A DNA stretch of 33,080 nt from an uncultured virus (IMG/VR IMGVR_UViG_3300005470_000001). Lineage: Duplodnaviria > Heunggongvirae > Uroviricota > Caudoviricetes. The notes below the pieces were generated by a model. It was not told where the DNA came from. It did not search any database and worked only from the letters and a program-made list of their open reading frames with translations. The stretch lies in IMG/VR virus record IMGVR_UViG_3300005470_000001; one strand, 5' to 3'. The position numbers and the translations under genes are program-made. How positions within the stretch are numbered: position 1 is the first letter of the stretch; each line of letters begins with the position of its first letter. This document shows, piece by piece, positions 24,057 to 33,080 of the stretch.

Positions 24057-26492
24057 ATGGATTATAACAACGAAGCATCAATGTCTCAAACAAATGGTTA
24101 TTTGAGTAGTACCAAAAGAGACAGATTAACTCAAAAAGAAAAAGATTCTAACGATAAAGCATGGTATAAACATAAGATACAGACTTTTGATACAGCCGCA
24201 TATCATTCATATGGATTTGGTGGGATATCAGAAACAGTTAGAATGAAAGTTAACTATGATCTTTTCAATAATAAAATTAATGAAGAAGATTTCAATTATG
24301 TTATCAGACCTTATAGTACTGATCCTAAAAATGGTGAATTAAAATTACCCGCTAACTTTACTAATAAAGATATTGTATCTAATAAAATACGAGCTTTGCT
24401 TGGTATGGAAATGCGTAGACCACTTGATTATAAAATTCTTGCTGTTAACGAAGAAGCTACTACTAGAAAAGAAGAAGAACATATGGGTCGTATCAAAGAA
24501 TATGTTGTTTCTCAAATAATGATACCTATTGAAGTACAAGCAAAACAACAAGCTATGGCTCAATTAAATGGTAAAGAACCTACTCCTGAACAAATAGAGC
24601 AAATTGAACAGGAAGTACAAGCTGCTATTCAAGCTGCTACTCCTCCTGAAGTTGCAAAATATATGGCTAGAGAACACCAAGATCCAGCTGAAGCAATGAT
24701 GTCACAGCTTTTTGAATACATAAATCAATTTAATTATATCAAAGATAGTTTCAATAAAGGTTGGAAACATGCTCTGATTTCAGCTTATGAAGTATATTTT
24801 GTTGGTGAAAGAAATGAATTACCTGTTTGTAAAGTAATTAATCCTGTATTTTTTGATTGTGCTAAATCACCAGATACAGAATTCATTGAAGATGGTGAAT
24901 GGGCTGTTTATGAAATGAATATGTCTCCAAGTGAGGTTGTTAGTATGTTTGGTAAAGAGCTTACTGAAAAAGAAATTGATAGAATTTATTCATTAGCTGA
25001 AGGTAGAGGTGTAGATCCTCAATTCACTTTTACTGATAGTAAAGTATCTAATTATAGAAGAAATGTTCGTGTGTTTCATGCTACTTGGAAAAGTTTAAGA
25101 AAAGTTGGTTTTCTTACATATATAGATAATGAAGGTATTGAAGTTATTAAACCTGTCAATGAAGATTATAAATTTGATAAAGAATCTGGAGATATCAATC
25201 TTGAATGGGAATGGATTCCTGAAGTACATGAGGGATACAGAATAGGTTTTGATATATATAAAAGTATGGGCCCCCTCAAAGGACAATATAGAGATATAAA
25301 TAATCTTTATAATGTAAAATTACCTTATCATGGTACTATATATGATAATATAAATGCAGAACCTATTTCAGCAATGGATAGAATGAAAACTTGGCAGTTT
25401 TATTATAATATTATTATGTTCCGTATTGAAAAATTAATGGCTTCTGATAAAGGTAAAATTGCACTTATCAATAGTAAAATGATTCCCAAAAGTCTTGGTA
25501 TTGATATGGATAAATGGCTTTACTTTATGGATACATTAAAAATAGGTTTTATGGATCCTACCAATGAACTTGGTGATGTATCTACATCTAGTAAAGAATT
25601 AGATTTAAGTATGATGGCTGACATCAAGAAATATGTTGAATTAGCAGATTATATAGAACAGAAATGTGGTAGAGCAATTGGTGTTACACCTGAAATTGAA
25701 GGACAGATTGCAAATTCAGCAGCAGTTGGTAATACAGAACAAAATATTAATATGGTATCTAATATACTTGAACCATATTTTAATATGCATGAAAGAGTAA
25801 AAAGAAATGTATTAACATCATTACTTGAAATCAGTAGATATATATATGCTGATCCAAAGAAAGCAGAAAAACTTAGTTTTGTACTCGATGACATGTCAGT
25901 TCAATATTTAACACTTGATAGTGAAATGTTATCAGCAAGTAGTTTTGGTTTATTTGTTTCCAACAGTAGTAAAATACAAGCAACTAAACAACTTATTCAA
26001 AATCTTGCTCAAGCAGCATTACAAAATGATAAAGCTAATTTTAGTGATGTTATTAAGATAACATTATCTGATACATTACAGGATGCACAAGAACTTCTTG
26101 AATCATCTGAAAGAGATTTTGAAAAGAGGCAACAAGAATTTGAACAATTTAAAACACAACAACAACAAGAACTTGCTAAACAAGAGGAGGCATATAGAGA
26201 AAAAGAATTTGAAAGAGAGAAAGAACTTATTATTCTCAAAGAAGCTGAAAGAAGAGAAACTGAACTTCAAAAACAAGCTATGTTATCTATTGGTTTTGAT
26301 ATGAATAAAGATCAGGATAATGATGGTGTACCTGATGTACTTGAAGTATATAAGAGTGGAATTGATGCTGATATTAAAATGAGAAAACAAACACTTGATG
26401 AACAGAAATTTGGACATCAAAAACAACTTGATAAAGAAAAACTTAGTTTAGATAAACAAAAAATAGCTAAGATGGTAAGTCGTAATAAATAA
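24057..26492 (+). CDS. Portal protein
   Basis: 811 aa directly after TerL; long C-terminal coiled coil as in crAss-like portals. Confidence 0.88.
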   Translation: MDYNNEASMSQTNGYLSSTKRDRLTQKEKDSNDKAWYKHKIQTFDTAAYHSYGFGGISETVRMKVNYDLFNNKINEEDFNYVIRPYSTDPKNGELKLPANFTNKDIVSNKIRALLGMEMRRPLDYKILAVNEEATTRKEEEHMGRIKEYVVSQIMIPIEVQAKQQAMAQLNGKEPTPEQIEQIEQEVQAAIQAATPPEVAKYMAREHQDPAEAMMSQLFEYINQFNYIKDSFNKGWKHALISAYEVYFVGERNELPVCKVINPVFFDCAKSPDTEFIEDGEWAVYEMNMSPSEVVSMFGKELTEKEIDRIYSLAEGRGVDPQFTFTDSKVSNYRRNVRVFHATWKSLRKVGFLTYIDNEGIEVIKPVNEDYKFDKESGDINLEWEWIPEVHEGYRIGFDIYKSMGPLKGQYRDINNLYNVKLPYHGTIYDNINAEPISAMDRMKTWQFYYNIIMFRIEKLMASDKGKIALINSKMIPKSLGIDMDKWLYFMDTLKIGFMDPTNELGDVSTSSKELDLSMMADIKKYVELADYIEQKCGRAIGVTPEIEGQIANSAAVGNTEQNINMVSNILEPYFNMHERVKRNVLTSLLEISRYIYADPKKAEKLSFVLDDMSVQYLTLDSEMLSASSFGLFVSNSSKIQATKQLIQNLAQAALQNDKANFSDVIKITLSDTLQDAQELLESSERDFEKRQQEFEQFKTQQQQELAKQEEAYREKEFEREKELIILKEAERRETELQKQAMLSIGFDMNKDQDNDGVPDVLEVYKSGIDADIKMRKQTLDEQKFGHQKQLDKEKLSLDKQKIAKMVSRNK

Positions 26493-26572
26493 TGCTATTT
26501 AGATAAAAGATAAAATAATACAAAAATACATTTTGAAATTGTATAAAACTTAATAAATTAAATGTAATAGAT

Positions 26573-27760
26573 ATGAATAAGAAAAAAACAGAAACTGATG
26601 ACTCATTGTTAAGTAATTTTGAATTTGATACACCTAATGTAAATGATTTTTTTGGTGTAGCAGGATCAGCAGTAGAACCAGTAGTTACTCCAGCAGTTAA
26701 AGTAGAAAAAGAAACTGATGAAAGTACACTAAAAGAACCTGAAGAACCTGAAACAATTATTCCCGATGAAGAATTCAGTTTTGTCGAAGAGGAGAATGAT
26801 TCTAAAGATGATGATAAATCAAAAAAAGAATCTAAAGATACTAAGAAAGAGGATATAGATAAACCTGAAGATAAAAAAGAAAAAGCTGATAAATCAGATA
26901 TTGATGAAGAAGATGTAAAACTCTTTACTGATTTAGCTAATGATTTTAAGGAAATGGGCTTGTTTACATCAACTGACTTAGGTGATGAGGAGATTACTCC
27001 TGATCTGTTCTTTGAAAAGGTTGAAGAAGAAGTTAGTAATAGAGCTAATGGTGTTGTAGAAAATTTGATGACAACTCTTGATGATGATGCTGCTAGTTTT
27101 TTGAAGTTTAAAAGTAATGGTGGCGATACAAGAGATTTCTTCAGATTATACGGAGAAGTATCTGAAATACCAGTTCCAGATGTTGATAGTGAAGAAAATC
27201 AGGAAGCATTTCTAAGATATTATTATTCTTTAGATGAAGATCTTGATCTTGAGGATATTGATGATAGAATTGTTACCTATTCTGAAAAAGGTACATTAGA
27301 AAAATATGCCAAGAAACATTTTGAAAAACTTGAGCATGAATATGCTGTACAAAAACAGACTTTACTTAAACAACAGGAAGAAGCTAAGAAACAACAGATA
27401 GAACACCAAAGAAAGTTTCAGAATAATCTTAAAACAATTATTAATACTGAAAAACAAATTGGTGATCTTGTCATAGATCCTAAAAAGGATAGTTCGCTTG
27501 TTGATTTTATTACTAAACCAATATTTAATAAAGAAACAAAGTTGTCCGCAACTAGTTTCCAAACAAAACTTGGTGAAATTTTCAATGATGAGAAAAAATT
27601 AATTCTTCTTGCAAAACTTGTACAAAATGATTTTGATTTTAGTAGTGTAAAAAAGAAGGCAGAAAGTGAAGCTAACAAGAAAACATTACATACAATTAGA
27701 ACCAGAAAAGAGTATAAAAGTGCTGACTCAGGAAAATCTTTAATAGATTATTTTAAATAA
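26573..27760 (+). CDS. Putative capsid scaffolding protein
   Basis: Acidic, low-complexity N-terminus and helical core; lies between portal and capsid. Confidence 0.65.
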   Translation: MNKKKTETDDSLLSNFEFDTPNVNDFFGVAGSAVEPVVTPAVKVEKETDESTLKEPEEPETIIPDEEFSFVEEENDSKDDDKSKKESKDTKKEDIDKPEDKKEKADKSDIDEEDVKLFTDLANDFKEMGLFTSTDLGDEEITPDLFFEKVEEEVSNRANGVVENLMTTLDDDAASFLKFKSNGGDTRDFFRLYGEVSEIPVPDVDSEENQEAFLRYYYSLDEDLDLEDIDDRIVTYSEKGTLEKYAKKHFEKLEHEYAVQKQTLLKQQEEAKKQQIEHQRKFQNNLKTIINTEKQIGDLVIDPKKDSSLVDFITKPIFNKETKLSATSFQTKLGEIFNDEKKLILLAKLVQNDFDFSSVKKKAESEANKKTLHTIRTRKEYKSADSGKSLIDYFK

Positions 27761-27783
27761 CAAACAACTAAAACAATAATAAT

Positions 27784-29229
27784 ATGGCAATTGCAGAAAA
27801 CAAACTTATAATTAAAAAGATGCCTTGGCATGCTAACATGACAGAAAAAAACCACCTTGGTGCTGCCATGATTATCAAACCAGAAGTCTTTGAGAGTAAG
27901 GCTAATCAGATTTTTAGCGCATATACTTACTCTGATAACCCTTTGACAGGTATGTTAATGAAGACTGGTTCTACTCGTACTATTGGTACTAGTGAGTGGG
28001 AGTGGGAGCTTCGTGGTTTATCTACCCGTCCTCTGGTTATTGTTGAAAATCTTAATGTAAGCGATACTACTCCGGGTAAGTATAATCAAGAATTTAATAT
28101 TAAACTTGATGAGGATTGGTTCCTTGCTGGTGATGTTATTCATCCTGGTAATCCCAATGTTCAGGTTCGTATTCAGGAAGTTGTTGGTAAGCAGGGTAAC
28201 GGTTGTGTTTATTCTGTGCGTTACATGAGTGATGACAGAAATGCTTTCCTTGATCCTAAATATCTTGATCCTGGTACTCGTTGGGCGAAACTTTATTCGC
28301 AGTACGGTGAAGCTGAAGAGCAGTCTGGTTCAACTCAGTATTCGCTTCCTTTAACACTTTCAAGCCGTATGTCACGTTATCGTAAGATGTATAAGGTTAC
28401 CAATGATGCTGCTAATCAGGTCCTCGCAATTAAGATTCCTGACTCTAATGGTGTTTATCATGACACTTGGGTTGGTTATGCTGAGGTTGAGTATTGGAAG
28501 CAATGGTATCGTGAGCTTGAGCGTGGTGCATGGTATTCTAAATCTACCAACACTGTTAATAGTGCAAGTGGTCGTCCTATCTATTCTGGTCCCGGTGTAC
28601 AAGAGTTGCTGAAGGATAGCAATATTTACTACTACAATCAACTTAGTGCAAAACTGATTGAAGAGTATCTTCTTGATATCTTCTACGGTAAGACTCGCCC
28701 TGGTTCTGGTCGTCAGATTAAGGCTTACACTGGTGAGTATGGTATGCTTCAGTTCCACCGTGCTGTTCAGAGCCTTGTTGACAATAGTGGATTCATTAAA
28801 ACTGTTGATATTTATCAGAAGCCGCAGGCAAGTTCTTATACTTCTGTAGGTGCTGCTGCTGGTCTTCAGTATGTTAAATACAACATGGCTAATGGTTGTT
28901 CACTTGAGCTTGAGCATAATCCGCTTTATGATGATGTTCAGATTAACTTTGAGAAGGATGAAGTCACTGGTTATCCGATTGAATCAATGAGGTATACATT
29001 CCTTGATGTTACCGATGGTGGACTTTCTGCAAAGAATGTTCAGCTTGTTGATAGAACCAATGGTTTTGCTCTTGGATATGTTGCTGGTATGCAGACACCT
29101 TATGGTCCGAACACTAAGGGACTTATGTCTCACAGTGGTGGATACTATGAGATGCATGTTGAAAAACAGCAGGGTATTCACATTGAAGATCCTACTCGTT
29201 GTGGTGAGCTTATTCTTCGCAGATCATAA
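27784..29229 (+). CDS. Major capsid protein (crAss-like)
   Basis: 481 aa, strong high-expression codon bias, TGEYG..QFH and LEHNPLYDD motifs, position. Confidence 0.9.
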   Translation: MAIAENKLIIKKMPWHANMTEKNHLGAAMIIKPEVFESKANQIFSAYTYSDNPLTGMLMKTGSTRTIGTSEWEWELRGLSTRPLVIVENLNVSDTTPGKYNQEFNIKLDEDWFLAGDVIHPGNPNVQVRIQEVVGKQGNGCVYSVRYMSDDRNAFLDPKYLDPGTRWAKLYSQYGEAEEQSGSTQYSLPLTLSSRMSRYRKMYKVTNDAANQVLAIKIPDSNGVYHDTWVGYAEVEYWKQWYRELERGAWYSKSTNTVNSASGRPIYSGPGVQELLKDSNIYYYNQLSAKLIEEYLLDIFYGKTRPGSGRQIKAYTGEYGMLQFHRAVQSLVDNSGFIKTVDIYQKPQASSYTSVGAAAGLQYVKYNMANGCSLELEHNPLYDDVQINFEKDEVTGYPIESMRYTFLDVTDGGLSAKNVQLVDRTNGFALGYVAGMQTPYGPNTKGLMSHSGGYYEMHVEKQQGIHIEDPTRCGELILRRS

Positions 29230-29245
29230 CAAGTAATTTTCTTAT

Positions 29246-29307
29246 AAATTATATATTACTCCGTGAGTAATTTTAAAAAAATAAAAACGGAGTAATATTA
29301 TAATTTT
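29246..29307 (+). terminator. Long hairpin after the MCP gene (terminator or RNA-processing site)
   Basis: atattactccgt (29253-29264) / acggagtaatat (29287-29298), extendable, followed by T-rich sequence. Confidence 0.55.
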
Positions 29308-29394
29308 ATTAAAAAAATTCTTGTATTTAAAAAAAATGTTTTATATTTAAGATGTCTTCACAAGAAGATAATTTATTAACTAAAACAAATATTT

Positions 29395-30183
29395 ATGGCA
29401 CAAGTTGAAGTAAGAGTAATAGAAAAAGAATCATGGCATAAAAAGGGTGGTAAAGAAAGTTTTAAACGACCTATTACCATTGAAGCCCTCTATAAGAAAG
29501 GTAAGTACTCAGTTGATTTGACTGACGAAGAACTGAAGAGTTATGGTGAAAAATTAGGTGTCAATCTTGATACCACATTTAAATCTGATAAACCTCATGA
29601 TTTCTATTGTAGTGCACAAGGACGAGTAAAACTTGAAAATAATACAATGATTTTCAATACAAATAATGTTATTGATGCAATCAAAGTTGGTATTATGAAA
29701 GGTAGTCCTTTTGTTGCTAATTCACTAAAAGAATATGAAGAAGGTCTTTATCCAGAAGCAACTCATTATATTTTTAGTGAAGAAGAAGAAATTGCAGTTA
29801 AAGCAAAAAAAGTTGAAATTAATAATGCTTGTATTGTAGCTGCTGCAAAAATGTCACTTGAAGAGAAAATTAATATTGCAATTTGTTTAGGCGATAAACC
29901 TCTCAAGGGACGTAGTCAAAATTTCATTGATGTTGCTATTGATGAAATTATTAAAGATAAACCCGTCGAATTCCTTACTTATGCTAAAAAAGATAAGAAG
30001 GAAAATCATATTAGAGCTACAGTTCTTGATGCTCTGAGAATGAACGTATTAACAAAAGAAGGTCCTACTATTTGTTATATGGGTGATGTTATTGGATATG
30101 GCGTTGATGAAGCTGTATCTTGGTTTAAGGATCCTAATAATCAAGTGATTAAAACTAGTATTTTAGAAAAACTTAACAAGTAA
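29395..30183 (+). CDS. Conserved crAss-like protein downstream of MCP (probable virion protein)
   Basis: 262 aa; position in the structural module. Confidence 0.65.
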   Translation: MAQVEVRVIEKESWHKKGGKESFKRPITIEALYKKGKYSVDLTDEELKSYGEKLGVNLDTTFKSDKPHDFYCSAQGRVKLENNTMIFNTNNVIDAIKVGIMKGSPFVANSLKEYEEGLYPEATHYIFSEEEEIAVKAKKVEINNACIVAAAKMSLEEKINIAICLGDKPLKGRSQNFIDVAIDEIIKDKPVEFLTYAKKDKKENHIRATVLDALRMNVLTKEGPTICYMGDVIGYGVDEAVSWFKDPNNQVIKTSILEKLNK

Positions 30184-30188
30184 ATTGA

Positions 30189-30977
30189 ATGTCATCAATT
30201 AAAGAAATGCATTATCAATTCAAACTCAAACTTGAGAAAGTTGATAGTACAAACAATGTTAATTATTTAATACCTGAAATAGACTGGAGATTAAGAAGAG
30301 CTGAAGCTAAATTTATTAAAGACAGAGTAGCTCAATCAAATCCTTTCAGCAATGGTGCTTATGAATTTAATAATAAAATAATTGATGATTTAAAAAATAT
30401 AATTGTTTCACAAACAATAACAGATATAACAAATGATGGTAATAAATATTATATAGATTTACCAGAAGATTATTATTATTATATTAATTGTGAAGCAAAT
30501 TGTGTTAAAAGTAATGTTACAAAATTAATTCCTTGTCAAGTTAGAAATAATACTGAAGAAATTATGATTTTTAATTCAAGTTCCTTTGAATGGGAAGAAT
30601 TAAATGTTATATTCTTAGATAAACAACTTGTTTTAATAACAGATGGTACTTTCAACATTACATCTATCACACTTAAATATGTGAAAGTACCAGTGTTATT
30701 ACATAATGCAGAATCACATTATGGTACTGTTTCTGTAATAGGATCAACAATAGTAGATTATTATAATACTTATAATAGATCACCGAAAGGTTTAAATCTT
30801 ACTATTGATAATATAATTCCAGAAACAATCTATTCAATAAATGGTTATAAAGCACTTAATGGCTCAATTCTATTTGGATATATAAATTCAGAATTATCTG
30901 AAAATACATTTGAAGATATAGTTGACATCGCAATAAAAGATGTTTTAGAAAATTTAATTCAAACAAATAAACAATAA
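30189..30977 (+). CDS. Putative head-tail ring/adaptor protein
   Basis: EMH..FK..L.KVDS...EID..L..A N-terminus, LP.DY, Y.K.P, SEL....EDIVDIA C-terminus. Confidence 0.6.
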   Translation: MSSIKEMHYQFKLKLEKVDSTNNVNYLIPEIDWRLRRAEAKFIKDRVAQSNPFSNGAYEFNNKIIDDLKNIIVSQTITDITNDGNKYYIDLPEDYYYYINCEANCVKSNVTKLIPCQVRNNTEEIMIFNSSSFEWEELNVIFLDKQLVLITDGTFNITSITLKYVKVPVLLHNAESHYGTVSVIGSTIVDYYNTYNRSPKGLNLTIDNIIPETIYSINGYKALNGSILFGYINSELSENTFEDIVDIAIKDVLENLIQTNKQ

Positions 30978-30985
30978 AAATTATA

Positions 30986-32008
30986 ATGAAAAACGATAAT
31001 AACATGTTTCAGGTACTTGTTGCAAGTACTGTTCAGGCTGAGGGAGCAACTCTCGCTACTACTCTTGGTTCTGATAATAACCTTGGTGTCATGGATACTG
31101 ATACCAATCTGACTGTTGACTCTACTACTGCTGATACAGCAAAAAATATTAAGTTCTATATGTCTCCTGCTAATAGTTCTAACATTTTCGCTTCTGTTGG
31201 TAAGACAATTAATGTTAACAAAGTCAATTCGATTACAAAGAAAGCGTATGCTGCTGGTGTTTCTGCTAAAGTTCAGTTCACTCTTCCTGCTATTGGTAAT
31301 GATACTTCTGCTGTCATTTCTGAAGGTGAAGAGATTGAAATTAAGCTCATTATCAGTGATGGTAATCTGATTACTGTCAATTATGGTAATGAAGTTCGCA
31401 AGTTTTTTGTGCTTTCAGCTCTTAGTACTGCTGATCTGACTGGTGCTGCTTTTGCTACTGCTATCAATGCTGATGCTGAGTCTGTTACCAATGGTGGTTT
31501 CCTTGCAGCTACTTATACTGCTGGTACTAATATTCTTGAAGTAACTTTTGCTAACAATGATGAGTTTTCTACTTCTACTGGTCAGTATGGTCAGGATAAG
31601 AATACTCTTAATGGCAAAACAGCAAGTGGTTATGCTTCACCTACTTCTATTACTGTTGATGATAATGTGACTGGTACTTTGACCACTGCATTCTCTTATG
31701 CACAGGGCAAAGGTTCTTATGTTCAGGAACTTGAGCGTGTTGCTGCTGGTTGGAATGGTGCTACAGGTAAGGGTGCTCATAGATTTAGTTCTACACTTCC
31801 TCTCTACAATTCTTTTGTGCCTGAAGCAGCAGCTGCTACTAATTATGTACTTTATGTATTTAATTATGATCTTGATTATGCACAGAATGCAAATAAGATT
31901 AACAATGTTGAAACAATTATAGCAGTACCTACAGGTTCTACGGCTGTTACTACACTTGATGCAATTGTTGGCGCACTGGTTATTAGCGGTAAAAAGATTG
32001 GGTTTTAA
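30986..32008 (+). CDS. Abundant virion structural protein (capsid auxiliary-like)
   Basis: Ala/Thr/Gly-rich beta protein with high-expression codon usage. Confidence 0.6.
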   Translation: MKNDNNMFQVLVASTVQAEGATLATTLGSDNNLGVMDTDTNLTVDSTTADTAKNIKFYMSPANSSNIFASVGKTINVNKVNSITKKAYAAGVSAKVQFTLPAIGNDTSAVISEGEEIEIKLIISDGNLITVNYGNEVRKFFVLSALSTADLTGAAFATAINADAESVTNGGFLAATYTAGTNILEVTFANNDEFSTSTGQYGQDKNTLNGKTASGYASPTSITVDDNVTGTLTTAFSYAQGKGSYVQELERVAAGWNGATGKGAHRFSSTLPLYNSFVPEAAAATNYVLYVFNYDLDYAQNANKINNVETIIAVPTGSTAVTTLDAIVGALVISGKKIGF

Positions 32009-32019
32009 CTAAACTAAAT

Positions 32020-32055
32020 TTAAAGGGGGTAGAAATATCCCCTTTAATTAATTTT
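32020..32055 (+). terminator. Intrinsic terminator
   Basis: TTAAAGGGGGTA-GAAA-TATCCCCTTTAA hairpin plus T-rich tail. Confidence 0.7.
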
Positions 32056-32078
32056 AACTCTTAAATATTAAATATAAA

Positions 32079-32351
32079 ATGATTGTTTCTCTTCCAATTA
32101 AATACAATCTTCCTTCTGCATATAAACCTGTTAATTATACAGCGGCAGATAATAAGATAGATACACACCTCAAAGGTGTAGATACTGTTCTCGGTACTCT
32201 TGTAGCTGATACAACTGATGCTTCTATCACTGGTGCAATTCTTACTGGTTTTGATGTTGAAGCAGATGCTGGTGTACTTGCAGCTACTGATACAATTCTT
32301 GAAGCTATTGAAAAACTTAATGCTCGTGTTATTGCATTAGAAGCAGTATAA
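32079..32351 (+). CDS. Small fibre-like virion protein
   Basis: LAATDTILEAIEKL motif seen in phage fibre repeats. Confidence 0.55.
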   Translation: MIVSLPIKYNLPSAYKPVNYTAADNKIDTHLKGVDTVLGTLVADTTDASITGAILTGFDVEADAGVLAATDTILEAIEKLNARVIALEAV

Positions 32352-32396
32352 CCCAAATAATATATTATTTATTAACTTATAAATTTAAAAGAACTA

Positions 32397-33041
32397 ATGG
32401 GGATTGAACCAAGACTTTTGTCTACATATGATACTGCAAGTGTAGCAGAAACTAATACAGGTACTAAAAAAGATAAATATGTATCTCCTTTTGTTTTAAA
32501 AAGAGTAATTAGTGAAGGCATTGTAGGTGCAGAGAGTAATACTAATAAAGTAAGTTCAATTTCTAGTTCTTCTACTGATGTACAATATCCGACTGCTAAA
32601 TTAGTATATGATCAGTTAGCTTTAAAATTAGCTAAAACTAATGATACTATTACTAATATTAAAGAAAAAATTAATATTGTTGTAGATAGTGTAAATAATA
32701 TTTCTGATATAGATACTGATACATCTTTAGTATGGTATTTTACTTCTGATTCTACTGCTAATTGGACAACAAATTTTAGAGCAAATTCTTCTGTAACTTT
32801 GAATGAAAGATTAGCTGTTGGAGAATCTATTAGTGGATTAATAATAGCAACACAAGGATCAACTGCTTATTATCCTACAAATTGGACTATTGATGGAAAT
32901 ATACCTTCAGTTATTAAGTGGGAATATGGATTTGTACCTATAAATGGTACACCAAATGGTATTGATTTTTTTTACTTTACTATAATTAAAACAGCTGATG
33001 CTACTTTTACTTTGTTAAACTCAACAACAAATTTTTCATGA
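32397..33041 (+). CDS. Putative fibre/receptor-binding protein
   Basis: AE...GT...KYVSP and STD.QYPTAK.VYD fibre repeats; C-terminal IKW..G..P...NGIDFFYF beta-sandwich. Confidence 0.6.
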   Translation: MGIEPRLLSTYDTASVAETNTGTKKDKYVSPFVLKRVISEGIVGAESNTNKVSSISSSSTDVQYPTAKLVYDQLALKLAKTNDTITNIKEKINIVVDSVNNISDIDTDTSLVWYFTSDSTANWTTNFRANSSVTLNERLAVGESISGLIIATQGSTAYYPTNWTIDGNIPSVIKWEYGFVPINGTPNGIDFFYFTIIKTADATFTLLNSTTNFS

Positions 33042-33080
33042 GATTAACAAGTATATATAATAAAAAAACTAATAATCTCC

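Noticed and set aside
21938..29229. Introns or inteins in terL, portal or MCP
   Set aside because: ORFs are uninterrupted, of ordinary length, with no intein-like insertion seen
29321..29347. Sigma70-like promoter TTGTAT-N15-TATATT (similar candidates near 14360-14400 and in the intron 5' end)
   Set aside because: Spacing is non-canonical and such matches are expected by chance in very AT-rich DNA
31988..32047. Programmed frameshift at the end of the 340-aa virion gene (AAA AAG ... GGG TTT TAA plus hairpin)
   Set aside because: No correctly phased slippery heptamer; both shifted frames stop before the next gene; the hairpin is explained as a terminator
22923..32356. Short antisense and alternative-frame ORFs inside structural genes
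   Set aside because: Fully nested in long credible genes; explained by codon bias
18531..33041. Stop-codon reassignment in the structural module
   Set aside because: All genes are full length in code 11 and no CTA or TCA suppressor tRNA was found

Overview
Segment of a crAss-like (Crassvirales-type) phage genome with two divergent arms. The right arm (18.5-33 kb, + strand) is the packaging/virion module: HTH and HU/IHF-like proteins, M15 peptidase endolysin, DEDD exonuclease, terminase large subunit, portal, putative scaffold, major capsid protein and further virion proteins, all in the standard code. The left arm (1-18 kb, - strand) is a mosaic accessory/early region of small genes and tRNAs. 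Positions 1-3047 recur apparently exactly at 8355-11401, and diverged paralogues continue beyond the repeat. Highlights: (1) a tRNA-Leu(UAA) split after U33 by a 790-nt group I intron whose HNH endonuclease ORF runs through the ribozyme core; (2) an adjacent 128-nt tRNA-like RNA whose anticodon arm is replaced by a possible pseudoknot; (3) three DUF1566/CLec-like domains with the codon signature of DGR variable regions, with no RT or template in the window; (4) a six-copy motif upstream of the first leftward genes (candidate phage-RNAP early promoter) next to an iteron/A-tract region at the strand switch; (5) short repeats at gene junctions, including a 10-bp duplication that fuses two genes. 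All calls were made by eye; no database search was run.
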